Notes: generated by a model not told the origin, from the sequence alone. 17,752 nt of DNA from Thainema sp. (GCA_052168235.1 JBQLZK010000100.1:1-17752); one strand, 5' to 3'. Counted from the stretch's first letter, positions 9,032 to 17,524 are shown. Program-made: numbers and translations.

Positions 9032-12000
9032 ATGAATCGACTTGTTACAGTTTGGACGAGTGCCAGTCTGGGTGTTCGTCTTGGAATCGCGTTTGGCAGT
9101 ATTACTATCCTGCTGTCCGCCATTTTAGGTCGGATCTCCGGCAACTTAGCTGAGGAGCAAATTAAGCAGGATATTGGTCAGGATTTGACCCAAATTGCTC
9201 AGCAGATGGCAGGTAGTTTAGATCAGAATCTATTTGAGCGATATCGCGAAATTCAGATTATTGCAGGATTAGAACCGTTTCGTAATCCGCAAACTCCCGA
9301 TGCCGAGATACAGGCTATTCTTGATACGTTACAGCGTACTTATTCAATCTATGCCTGGATTGGCTTTGCAGATCAGCAGGGTACTGTACAAGCCAGCACG
9401 CAAGGAATTCTAGAAGGCGTTAGCGTTGCCCAGAGAGATTGGTTCGTACAAGCTCAGGATCAGCCCTTTGTGGGGGATGTGCATGAAGCCGTACTGCTGG
9501 CGGAACTGCTGCCCAATCCCACCGAGACTCCGCTGCGATTTGTTGATGTGGCCAGCCCGGTGCGCGATGCTGACGGCAATTTTCAGGGGGTGCTGGGGGC
9601 TCACCTGAGCTGGGCTTGGGCTGAAGACGTGAAGACGACGCTGCTCAATATGCCAGATGCTGAAGACAAGGACATTTTGGTTGTCGATCAGTTTGGTACG
9701 GTGTTACTTGGGCCGGAGCGGTGGCAGGGACAAACGCTGGAACTGGAAAGCCTGCGTCTAGCGGGTGTTGCAGATTCGGGCTACACGGTTGAACGCTGGC
9801 CAGATGGCAATACCTATCTGGTTGGTTTTGTTGAGAGCCAGGGATACCTGACCTATTCTGGCTTGGGATGGACGATTTTAGTGTATGAGCCTGTAGCCAT
9901 CGCATTTAGTCCGGCTCGGACGCTGTACTGGCAAATTCTGATTGGTGGCGTGGTGTTGGGTAGTGGCTTTGCGGTCATTGGCTGGTTGGCGGCTAGTCTG
10001 ATCACTAAACCACTGCTGAAGATTGCGATCGCAGCCGATCAAATCCGAGCGGGTAATCGTCAAGCCAAACTGCCCAAAACGAGCGGACGGAGCGAAATTA
10101 CTCGCTTATCCCGCGCGTTAAATCAACTGCTGACGAATCTCCTCAATCAAGAACAAGAACTCCAAATCGCCAATGCCAATCTGGAAGCCCAGCTCGAAAC
10201 TCTGCGGCAGACGGAACAGTCTCTACAGCGCGATCGCAAACAGCTCCAGCAAATTGTGGACGGTATTGAAGATCCCCTGCTGCTGCGCGAGATTAGCACC
10301 GGCAAAATGATTTTTTGTAATGTAGGGTATAAGCGGCTGTATAGCAACCCAGATATAGACTACACAACTCCAGACACGTGGCTACAGTATGTGCATCCCA
10401 ATGATCGAAACTGGGTGGCGCAAAAGATTAACCTTGAGGTTCAAGGTATTTCGTTTATTAATGAGGAGTATCGAACTGTCGATGTCAATGGCAACGTCCG
10501 CTGGATTTGGGATCGCTCTTTCCCAATTCGAGATGAGACAGGAACGGTGTATCGCTATGTTGTAGTCAAACGAGACATTACCGATCTGAAACGTTCGCAT
10601 GAGATGCTACAAAGCCTGATGGAGGGCACAGCAGCCGTCACGGGCCGAGCATTTTTTGAAAAGCTGGTGCAGTATTTAGCGACGGCCTTGGGTGCCGATT
10701 ACGTCTTTGTGGCCGAGCGGATTGGAGCTGAGCCATCTGGATCTCAGCCGTTAGACTCTGAGCAAGCTGGAGAACGATTACAGACCATCGCGTTTTGGGC
10801 GCAAGGGCGGCTCCGACCCAATATTGCCTATCGTCCCGATAACACGCCCTGCGCGGTTGTGCTGCGAGAGGGACGATACTGCTGTAATCATCAGGTATCC
10901 CAGGTGTTTGCGGATAATCTTTACCTGCCACAGCTTGAAGCCGAAAGCTACGCGGGGGTAGCCCTGATCAACGCTGCCGGAGACGTTTTGGGAACGCTCA
11001 GCGCAATTAGTAAAAAGCCATTGTGCGATCGCGCTGACTACATGACGATTTTGCAGATTTTTGCCAACCGAGCAACGGCTGAATTGGAGCGGCGATATTC
11101 CCAAATTGCTCTTCAAGAAAGCGAAACTCGCTTTCGCTTATTGGCCGAAAACGTCAAAGACTTAGTCTGTCTGCACGATGTATCCGGTCGATTTCTCTAT
11201 CTCAGCCCGTCCTGTCAGTTTCTCCTTGGATTTGAGCCGGGTGAGCTGATTGGCAGTCAGCCCTATCGCTACTGCCATCCTGATGATCGCGCATTGGTGC
11301 GGCTACAGCTCAAGCACTCGGCCAGCGGCGATCGTTCCGATCCTCTGGTTTATCGATGCCGCCAAAAAGACGGCAGCTATATCTGGCTAGAAACCTTGAT
11401 TAAGGTCATTCCAGCTTCTGCCAATGCTCCGGCCTATATTCAAACCAGTTCCCGCAACATCACCGACAAAGTTTTGGCTCAGCAGCAGCTTGAGCACGGT
11501 GCCACCCACGACAGCCTGACCGGATTACCGAATCGAGCCTTGCTGCTAGAGCGGCTGGATCTGGCGATTGAGCGGGCAAAGCGCCATGCCGATTTTTACT
11601 TTGCGGTGCTGTTTGTCGATTTAGATCGGTTCAAGATTATCAACGACAGCTTGGGCCATTCGATGGGTGATCAGCTATTGCGGATTGTGGCCCAGAAGCT
11701 AGAGCAGATGACGCGCGACATTGATTTGTCGGCACGGATTGGTAGCGATGAATTTGTCTTGCTGCTGGAAGACATTGAGGGCTTGAAGACGGCTGTGCAA
11801 GCGGCTGAGCAAATTGTGACTGAATTCAAAACGGCGATACCGTTGGCTCAGCAAAATGTGGTAATTGGCGCGAGCGTGGGCATTGTCTTGGGCACGGCTG
11901 AACATACAGATGGACTCGACATACTCCGAAATGCCGATATCGCCATGTATTCAGCCAAACATCAAGGCGGATCGCGCTACGCCATCTTCAATCGGGAAAT

Positions 12001-12838
12001 GTATGGGCAGGCGCTCCAGCGGCTGGAATTGGAGCATGAGCTGCGGCAGGCGTTAGAGCGAGAGGAATTTACGCTCCGCTATCAGCCCATCATGACTCTT
12101 TCGACTGGTAAGCTAGCTGGCTTTGAGGCACTCGTTCGCTGGCAGCACCCCAAAAAAGGGTTTATTTCCCCAGTAAACTTTATTCCGATTGCCGAAGATA
12201 CGGGTCTAATTGTGCAACTCGGAGCTTGGGTTTTACGGGAAGCCTGTCGTCAGATGGCGCAGTGGCAGGCCCAGTTTCCGGCAGCGGCAGACCTCAAGAT
12301 CAGCGTCAATCTGTCGATGAAGCAGCTCAAGGAACCCGATCTAGTGGTTCAAGTAGAGCAGATTTTGCAGGAAACGGGTCTAGCCGGACGCTGTCTAGCG
12401 TTGGAAATCACCGAAAGCATGTTCATGGAAGATATCAAAGCGATTAACCAGCGACTGCAAACGCTGAACAGCCTTGCAATTCAGATTAGTATTGATGATT
12501 TTGGTACTGGGTTTTCGTCCTTGAGCTATCTGCATTCTCTGTCAGTCGATAATCTCAAAATTGACCGCTCGTTTGTCAGCAATCTATTCAAGAGTCAGCG
12601 CAATCTCAGCATTGCCAAAACGATTGTTCGACTGTCGCGCCAGCTTGGTCTAAAAGCGATCGCAGAAGGGATAGAAACGCCAGAACAGCTCCAGCAGCTC
12701 AAATCATTTGGCTGCGACATGGGCCAAGGCTATTTATTCAACGCCCCTGTAACCTGCGAAGTAGCCGAAACGCTGATCGCTGAAATGAGCAATATACCTA
12801 ATGTTGAAGGATCTGCTGACAACGGAGCAAATGATTGA
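9032..12838 (+). CDS. Membrane c-di-GMP signalling protein, dCache-HAMP-PAS-GAF-PAS-GGDEF(GSDEF)-EAL
   Basis: Two TMs around a Cache-like domain (RDWF, FVGDVH, RFVDVASPV); HAMP (ITKPL...EITRL); PAS (VHPNDR, CHPDDR); GAF; HDSLTGLPNR, DLDRFK.INDSLGH..GD, RIGSDEF; EALVRW, DDFGTGFSSL, KIDRSFV, AEGIET, QGYLF. Confidence 0.95.
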   Translation: MNRLVTVWTSASLGVRLGIAFGSITILLSAILGRISGNLAEEQIKQDIGQDLTQIAQQMAGSLDQNLFERYREIQIIAGLEPFRNPQTPDAEIQAILDTLQRTYSIYAWIGFADQQGTVQASTQGILEGVSVAQRDWFVQAQDQPFVGDVHEAVLLAELLPNPTETPLRFVDVASPVRDADGNFQGVLGAHLSWAWAEDVKTTLLNMPDAEDKDILVVDQFGTVLLGPERWQGQTLELESLRLAGVADSGYTVERWPDGNTYLVGFVESQGYLTYSGLGWTILVYEPVAIAFSPARTLYWQILIGGVVLGSGFAVIGWLAASLITKPLLKIAIAADQIRAGNRQAKLPKTSGRSEITRLSRALNQLLTNLLNQEQELQIANANLEAQLETLRQTEQSLQRDRKQLQQIVDGIEDPLLLREISTGKMIFCNVGYKRLYSNPDIDYTTPDTWLQYVHPNDRNWVAQKINLEVQGISFINEEYRTVDVNGNVRWIWDRSFPIRDETGTVYRYVVVKRDITDLKRSHEMLQSLMEGTAAVTGRAFFEKLVQYLATALGADYVFVAERIGAEPSGSQPLDSEQAGERLQTIAFWAQGRLRPNIAYRPDNTPCAVVLREGRYCCNHQVSQVFADNLYLPQLEAESYAGVALINAAGDVLGTLSAISKKPLCDRADYMTILQIFANRATAELERRYSQIALQESETRFRLLAENVKDLVCLHDVSGRFLYLSPSCQFLLGFEPGELIGSQPYRYCHPDDRALVRLQLKHSASGDRSDPLVYRCRQKDGSYIWLETLIKVIPASANAPAYIQTSSRNITDKVLAQQQLEHGATHDSLTGLPNRALLLERLDLAIERAKRHADFYFAVLFVDLDRFKIINDSLGHSMGDQLLRIVAQKLEQMTRDIDLSARIGSDEFVLLLEDIEGLKTAVQAAEQIVTEFKTAIPLAQQNVVIGASVGIVLGTAEHTDGLDILRNADIAMYSAKHQGGSRYAIFNREMYGQALQRLELEHELRQALEREEFTLRYQPIMTLSTGKLAGFEALVRWQHPKKGFISPVNFIPIAEDTGLIVQLGAWVLREACRQMAQWQAQFPAAADLKISVNLSMKQLKEPDLVVQVEQILQETGLAGRCLALEITESMFMEDIKAINQRLQTLNSLAIQISIDDFGTGFSSLSYLHSLSVDNLKIDRSFVSNLFKSQRNLSIAKTIVRLSRQLGLKAIAEGIETPEQLQQLKSFGCDMGQGYLFNAPVTCEVAETLIAEMSNIPNVEGSADNGAND

Positions 12839-12893
12839 GTAGCATGTCTGTGATGCCTAAATGTGATACCTCAACGTTATACAAGCAGTAACT

Positions 12894-13238
12894 ATGGATC
12901 TCCTCATTGCGTCTATGTTGGCAAGTGCGATCGCACCTGCACCATCTGAACTACCTGCACCATCTGCATTATCCAATCAGCCTGTCGAAACGATAACCGT
13001 TGAATCAGCCGAATCAACTGAAACCACCACTCCTAACACTACATCCCAACGATCTGAACCGACCGTTAATCCCAACCAAGTCACCTGTCCTCCAGGCCAA
13101 TTTGCCTCAGCCTTTTCCGATGTGTATCCCACTGACTGGGCTTATCAAGCCGTCAACAACTTAGCCAGCACACCACAACAGTGCTTTGATCTGCCGAATC
13201 AAGCATCCGGTGATTTTCCCAATGATTGGACACTGTAA
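12894..13238 (+). CDS. Small putative exported protein with a partial SLH-like motif
   Basis: Hydrophobic N-terminus, P/S/T-rich linker, then FSDVYPTDWAYQAVNNLA flanked by two Cys. Confidence 0.7.
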   Translation: MDLLIASMLASAIAPAPSELPAPSALSNQPVETITVESAESTETTTPNTTSQRSEPTVNPNQVTCPPGQFASAFSDVYPTDWAYQAVNNLASTPQQCFDLPNQASGDFPNDWTL

Positions 13239-13413
13239 ACAACGGTCACTTGAGCAATTGGGCACTATAAGCGATCGCAGTTTTTGGAATTTCTCTAAAC
13301 CTTTGCGAATCTGTATTTCATCAGCTTGTAGAAGGATAAGGACACCTATCCTTCTTGCACATGAAAAAGTCTGAGCCGATACCGTTTTTCTAAACTGTGG
13401 CTATAGATTAATT

Positions 13414-13455
13414 TTTAGCACTCAGTCCTCAGTTCTCAGCCCTCAGCCCTAAACT
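13414..13455. repeat. STRR-like heptamer tandem repeat
   Basis: TTTAGCA CTCAGTC CTCAGTT CTCAGCC CTCAGCC CTAAACT. Confidence 0.75.
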
Positions 13456-13573
13456 CATTTGTAGCGCTGATGTATAAAACTGGTATTTAAGGACTTGTGC
13501 AAGATGAATTTGGTTTGTGGGTAGTTTAAACACAGGCCGCAATTCTCTCACTATTCTTTATCCGGTGATACCG

Positions 13574-14137
13574 ATGAGCCAACGATCTCAAGCCGACGCG
13601 ATTATTCGTTCCCATGTGCTGTGGGCAATGGGTGGTGGACTGATCCCGATTCCGCTGGTTGATTTTGCCGCTGTCACCGCCATTCAACTGGAAATGCTTC
13701 AGCAGCTTGCCCAGCTTTACGGCGTCAACTACAACCGCAGCATGGGCAAGGCTTTTGTCTCTGCTCTCACGGGTACGACGCTGGCTCGCATTGGTGCAAG
13801 CTTTATCAAGGCGATTCCGGGCGTTGGCACCTTGATCGGTGGAGCCTCGATGGCCATTACCTCTGGAGCCTCTACCTACGCGGTTGGTCAGGTCGCCATC
13901 AGCCACTTTTCCAGCGGTGGCTCGCTCAGTAACTTTGTGGAAGAACAGGTGCAGTCGGCGTATGAATCGGCATTTGAGCGTGGCAAGAGCTATGTGTCTG
14001 ATCTAGAGAACGAACAGGGCGATCAGGCTGCCGATATTTATCAAGCACTGGCCAAACTCGGTCAGTTACGAGATCAAGGCATTTTGACTGAAGAGGAATT
14101 TCTCGCAAAGAAACAGGAACTGTTGTCACGCCTGTAG
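13574..14137 (+). CDS. DUF697/YcjF-like domain protein with C-terminal SHOCT domain
   Basis: GLIPIPLVD..AVTAIQLEML..LA..YG, KAIPGVGTLIGG, STYAVG; C-terminal LAKLGQLRDQGILTEEEFLAKKQELL. ATG 13574 preferred over GTG 13517. Confidence 0.85.
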   Translation: MSQRSQADAIIRSHVLWAMGGGLIPIPLVDFAAVTAIQLEMLQQLAQLYGVNYNRSMGKAFVSALTGTTLARIGASFIKAIPGVGTLIGGASMAITSGASTYAVGQVAISHFSSGGSLSNFVEEQVQSAYESAFERGKSYVSDLENEQGDQAADIYQALAKLGQLRDQGILTEEEFLAKKQELLSRL

Positions 14138-14161
14138 CTTGATTACAAATAAGCAGCACCT

Positions 14162-14198
14162 AAAAAGCAAGGGCGGCACGCGATGCGTGCCGCCCTTG
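14162..14198 (-). terminator. Intrinsic terminator with U-tract on the minus strand
   Basis: CAAGGGCGGCACGC-GAT-GCGTGCCGCCCTTG (14168-14198), followed on the minus strand by CTTTTT; 7 bp after the reconstructed TetR stop. Confidence 0.75.
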
Positions 14199-14226
14199 GC
14201 TACAGCTATAAATAACTCCGTAGATA

Positions 14227-14326
14227 TAGCGCTTCTGGCGCTAGTAGAGGGAGATTATTTTTTGAAAGCCATGCCTCGCGTGGCTTTCAAAAAATAATTT
14301 GCACCTCAGGAGACTAGGAAAGGCTA
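14227..14326. mobile_element. MITE-like element, family B (100 bp, TA duplication)
   Basis: TA[TAGCGCTTC...GAAAGGCTA]TA with imperfect terminal repeats; perfect 18-bp internal stem 14254-14271/14281-14298. Confidence 0.8.
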
Positions 14327-14541
14327 TAGCTCAACGCCAGCTTTTTGGTTTCTGCAATTCAGCACTGCTTGCAGGTTTTATCCTGTCCCAAGGACAACCA
14401 CAGGAACGTCCTAATCGCTTTCACCACAACAAAGGCGATCTCCTCGCAGTCTGCCGTCGTTAGATTCGGATCGCGCTGCTGTAGAGCCATCGCCCAGTCT
14501 GAGATCAACTGGATATTCGTGTCGGTTTCGAGCTGATCTAA

Positions 14542-14641
14542 TATCAAGTCTGCGTATAAGAACTCAATTCATTTTTGTGAAATGTTTGCTGAGCAAACAT
14601 TTCACAAAAAATAAATTATGGGGTTTCAACTAGGCTTGATA
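14542..14641 (+). mobile_element. MITE-like element, family A copy 2 (100 bp, TAA duplication)
   Basis: TAA[TATCAAG...CTTGATA]TAA; internal palindrome TTTTTGTGAAATGTTTGC-TGA-GCAAACATTTCACAAAAA. Confidence 0.85.
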
Positions 14642-14715
14642 TAACTCCGGCATCGTGCCCTGCACCTCCATAAAGATGGCGTAGGGCTAAAGCTGTGCCA
14701 TCAAACAAACGTTGT

Positions 14716-15312
14716 CTACGATTGCTCTGGCGCAGCGGGCTGAAAGCTTTGCACAATCTGATCAATTTCAGCTCGCGCCTCGTCAAATTCAGACTGCTGA
14801 CCTGCCACCAAAATGTTGTAGTAGGCATCAGGACTGTCTACTCCAGTTGCCAATACAGCCACGGGATAGCCAGAAAATTTGCCTCGGCCTTCATACTGAA
14901 CAGCAGTCAGGCCGCTGATAGCCGTCAAGCTGGTAGGGTTCACGGTGCCTTCGCTGCCAGTCATGGCTTTCGCTGCACTGACGACTCCTCCATTGAGCAC
15001 TGAAGGATCAACCAGTTCCAGGCCATTCACTTTTGGAAATGCCTGAATCGCGATTTGCAGATCTCCCCGCCGATTCTGAAGTTTCAGCACCATGTTCTGC
15101 GAAACATCACCATCGTTGAGCTGAGCAGTTTCCCAACTATCCGAAACCGTGATTTGAACTGAACCGTCTTGGCTAACCATTGCAACGGGTTCTACCGTTT
15201 GCGTTTCAGCCTGGACATCACCTACAGATCCCCCTGGCTGGGACAGTGACGTACAGCTACTAACAGCAAACGAAAAACCTAACAGAGCTGCAACCAGAAA
15301 TTGAGATTTCAT
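14716..15312 (-). CDS. Lipoprotein, probable PsbP/Mog1/DcrB-like fold
   Basis: Signal MKSQFLVAALLGFSFAVSS-C; QITVSDSW, ISGLTAVQYE and C-terminal IDQIVQSFQ pattern. Confidence 0.75.
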   Translation of the reverse strand: MKSQFLVAALLGFSFAVSSCTSLSQPGGSVGDVQAETQTVEPVAMVSQDGSVQITVSDSWETAQLNDGDVSQNMVLKLQNRRGDLQIAIQAFPKVNGLELVDPSVLNGGVVSAAKAMTGSEGTVNPTSLTAISGLTAVQYEGRGKFSGYPVAVLATGVDSPDAYYNILVAGQQSEFDEARAEIDQIVQSFQPAAPEQS

Positions 15313-15774
15313 GATTTACCTCGCAAATTAAAAGTGGTGAATGACAAATAATTAGAAGCTGATAATTGATAAGCTGACTGCCGAGTTTTAGCTAAGGGGA
15401 ATCACAGTTGCATTTTGCGGACTAGCGTTCTTACCTCTCAGTGCAAAATCACGATGCACTTTGATGCAGTGTGACAATGTAGTTTTGTGAAGCGGGTCAA
15501 GCAATAACTTGTTCAATATCTCATTCAATAGCGCATTTGCTGATCGCCCGAAACCACTAGTTTCACTGCGGTCGCAAATCCTAGCATCGTCACTGATATC
15601 GCCACTGACATTGTCAACAGATGTGCGATCGCTAGCGATGGATTAAGACACAATCTTGCCCTTGGTGGGTGATTTCCAATCCCGGTTGCCGGAAATTCCC
15701 CCGTTCACCTCGAAGAAAGAACTAGAGTGGTTGCGATAGCGTAAACACATACGGAAAGCAATCGGCTCAAATTG

Positions 15775-15887
15775 TACAAAGTCCGGTTAAAACCCAATGG
15801 TTTATTTTTGTAAAAGGCTAGCTCAGCCCGTCTTTCACAAAAAACTAAATCAAAAAATAAATTGGGTTCTTGTACACGGACTTAATA
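15775..15887 (-). mobile_element. MITE-like element, family A copy 3 (113 bp, inverted, degenerate)
   Basis: Reverse complement TATTAAGTCCGTGTACAAGAACCCAATTTATTT...TTGGGTTTTAACCGGACTTTGTA matches both ends of copy 1; + strand flanks TTG/TTA. Confidence 0.75.
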
Positions 15888-15919
15888 TTACTTGTCCTTC
15901 TCATCGGGATTCAGATCTT

Positions 15920-17458
15920 ATGGTAAGCCCCCAAAAATCCGCATCGACCTCAGACAACGCACCAAACAATACTACTGACAACGCTCAAACCCCCGTTTCC
16001 CCGGCTCAGGGCGCGAATACCACTCCATCAGCTCCCGCCGAGCCTCCATCTCGTCCCAGTTCTGGTTCGCATACCAGGATGACTGAAGTTGCATCACGCT
16101 ATGAATGGGACGCAACGCCAGAATATCCAACGGTTCAGGATGCCCTTGCTATTGTGACGAAACTGCCGGACGGCAGCGAAGTTGTCGGTTATCCGGTTCT
16201 ATCCAGTCCCGATGCTGAGATCAAGCTGTTCCAGGTCAAAATTAGCGGCGATCCGTTTGTGCAAACTGACCTAGCTCGCCTCATCCGTCCCGGTGACATT
16301 GCGATCGCAGTTTGTGGCTACTATCCCGATCTGCATGAGAACGAAATTCCCCACAAGCGCAACATCGGTCACGCAGGTCTAGCAGTCGGCGTTGAGAAAG
16401 ACGGCAAAGCGGGCGTGATGACGATTAACAATCCGCAGGGCTATTTCAGTGGTGGCTTTAATAACTCTGGCTACGGCAGCTTCTTCTTTGAAAAAATCGA
16501 GTTTCCCGCCGAACTGAGTGACGCGGAAAAGCAAGCCTACTGCAAGAACATCTTGACGATGACTGCGATCTCAAATAGCTATATCCCATTTGCGGAAGAA
16601 AACTTCAACGGTCAAGACCCGCTCGGCATCCACAATGTAGACAAAATCAAGCAGGCAGGCGAGAAGCTGATTCTGGCAGTTTACGGTGATGAAGCGGCAA
16701 TTGAATGGCTGAAGCGCAGCGAGAACACGGCTTACTGTGCTGAACTGGTCAGTGCTGGCATCAACATCGGCACCAACACCATCCTCAACAAAGCCTACAT
16801 TAATCAGCTTCAGCAGCGCCTTGGCGCAGACCGCTATCCGAATCTGTACGAAGTCGTGCGCGAGAAGATTGAATCCGGCGCAGTTCTACAGAACAACGGC
16901 AATCCAAACAAAGCATACATTCCCTTGACGATGGTTGACGAGAGCGTTGACCTCAAGCCAATTACCGAACGCTGTCCCAATGCTGACCAATCCGGTACAG
17001 GCTTGGCGTTCATGTACTATGACTTTACCGACATTGCCTACGCTTCTATCCGCGATACCTATCCACGCCGGGATCTAGCTGGCTTGACCGGAGATGAACT
17101 AGCAGCGGGCAAGGAATACAATGCCAAGGTTGCCCAGGTGCAGATCCATGCCTTCAAGGAAGCGGCTAAGAAGTTTAAGGAACTGGCCGGAGTCAGCCCC
17201 CAGGTAGCAGCCGCATTTGATCAGTATGTTGAAGGTGCGGTCATTCCTGCTCTGAGCAAGGTGTATCCGTCCCAAGCGGAACGCGATGCAGTCATGGCTG
17301 AACTGGTGGAGCAAGGACGGCAGTTTACGCCCACTGGCCCCGATGGTGAAGGCATGTTTATTCCGCCGGATCTCTATCTGCGACCGACAACAGGCTGGGC
17401 CAAAGTGAAGAACATCGGCGTTGGCTTCTTCCCCGAAAGCCTCAAACGGATTGGTTAA
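15920..17458 (+). CDS. Hypothetical protein with permuted papain-like (NlpC/P60, YiiX/YebB-type) catalytic motifs, 512 aa
   Basis: LIRPGDI, GHAGL (His codon 16370), YCAELV (Cys codon 16736), C-terminal IPPDL. The upstream ATG 15797 lies within the MITE, so ATG 15920 is used. Confidence 0.7.
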   Translation: MVSPQKSASTSDNAPNNTTDNAQTPVSPAQGANTTPSAPAEPPSRPSSGSHTRMTEVASRYEWDATPEYPTVQDALAIVTKLPDGSEVVGYPVLSSPDAEIKLFQVKISGDPFVQTDLARLIRPGDIAIAVCGYYPDLHENEIPHKRNIGHAGLAVGVEKDGKAGVMTINNPQGYFSGGFNNSGYGSFFFEKIEFPAELSDAEKQAYCKNILTMTAISNSYIPFAEENFNGQDPLGIHNVDKIKQAGEKLILAVYGDEAAIEWLKRSENTAYCAELVSAGINIGTNTILNKAYINQLQQRLGADRYPNLYEVVREKIESGAVLQNNGNPNKAYIPLTMVDESVDLKPITERCPNADQSGTGLAFMYYDFTDIAYASIRDTYPRRDLAGLTGDELAAGKEYNAKVAQVQIHAFKEAAKKFKELAGVSPQVAAAFDQYVEGAVIPALSKVYPSQAERDAVMAELVEQGRQFTPTGPDGEGMFIPPDLYLRPTTGWAKVKNIGVGFFPESLKRIG

Positions 17459-17486
17459 GTCAGCAGTTTGTAAAAATATTTTAAGC

Positions 17487-17519
17487 AAAGGGAGGCAATC
17501 ATCAAGATTGCCTCCCTTT
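17487..17519 (+). terminator. Intrinsic terminator-like hairpin
   Basis: AAAGGGAGGCAATC-ATCAA-GATTGCCTCCCTTT, 28 bp after the stop at 17458. Confidence 0.75.
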
Positions 17520-17524
17520 AAGTT

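Larger units (their letters stand above)
14206..14683 (-). pseudogene. C-terminal remnant of a TetR/AcrR-type regulator, interrupted by two MITEs and a nonsense codon
   Basis: After removing both insertions it reads YAIFMEVQGTMPEL-DQLETDTNIQLISDWAMALQQRDPNLTTADCEEIAFVVVKAIRTFLWLSLGQDKTCKQC*IAETKKLALSY-LRSYL*. Resembles, from recall, cyanobacterial TetR ligand-binding domains. No HTH half is present. Confidence 0.7.
396..16308. repeat. Dispersed HIP1 octamers (GCGATCGC)
   Basis: Seen at 396, 1198, 1292, 1982, 3116, 3620, 4660, 5232, 5900, 7487, 10025, 10230, 11025, 12656, 12927, 13271, 15625 and 16301; typical of cyanobacteria. Confidence 0.95.

Noticed and set aside
12851..12868. TGATGCCTAA(A)TGTGATA shared with 3704-3720
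   Set aside because: Short and needs an indel; one copy overlaps a stop codon and a MITE end, so it is probably chance.
567..14159. Numerous short ORFs overlapping the main genes
   Set aside because: Alternative-frame or antisense shadows without recognisable motifs.
14359..14547. 62-aa ORF as an intact gene
   Set aside because: Its TTG start lies in the MITE end and its stop is internal to the TetR remnant.
15588..15623. Degenerate 12-bp tandem (CGTCACTGATAT CGCCACTGACAT TGTCAACAGATG)
   Set aside because: Too degenerate to assign any function.
15702..15770. glnA-type glutamine riboswitch suggested by CGTTCACCTC
   Set aside because: The expected CGGAAGT and closing GAAG..AACG segments are missing; an Rfam scan would settle it.
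3719..15887. CRISPR array or tRNA/rRNA interpretation of the repeats
   Set aside because: Copies are kilobases apart with no repeat-spacer periodicity; no tRNA or rRNA signatures seen.
15797..15919. N-terminal extension of the 553-aa ORF
   Set aside because: It starts inside MITE copy 3; ATG 15920 is more plausible.
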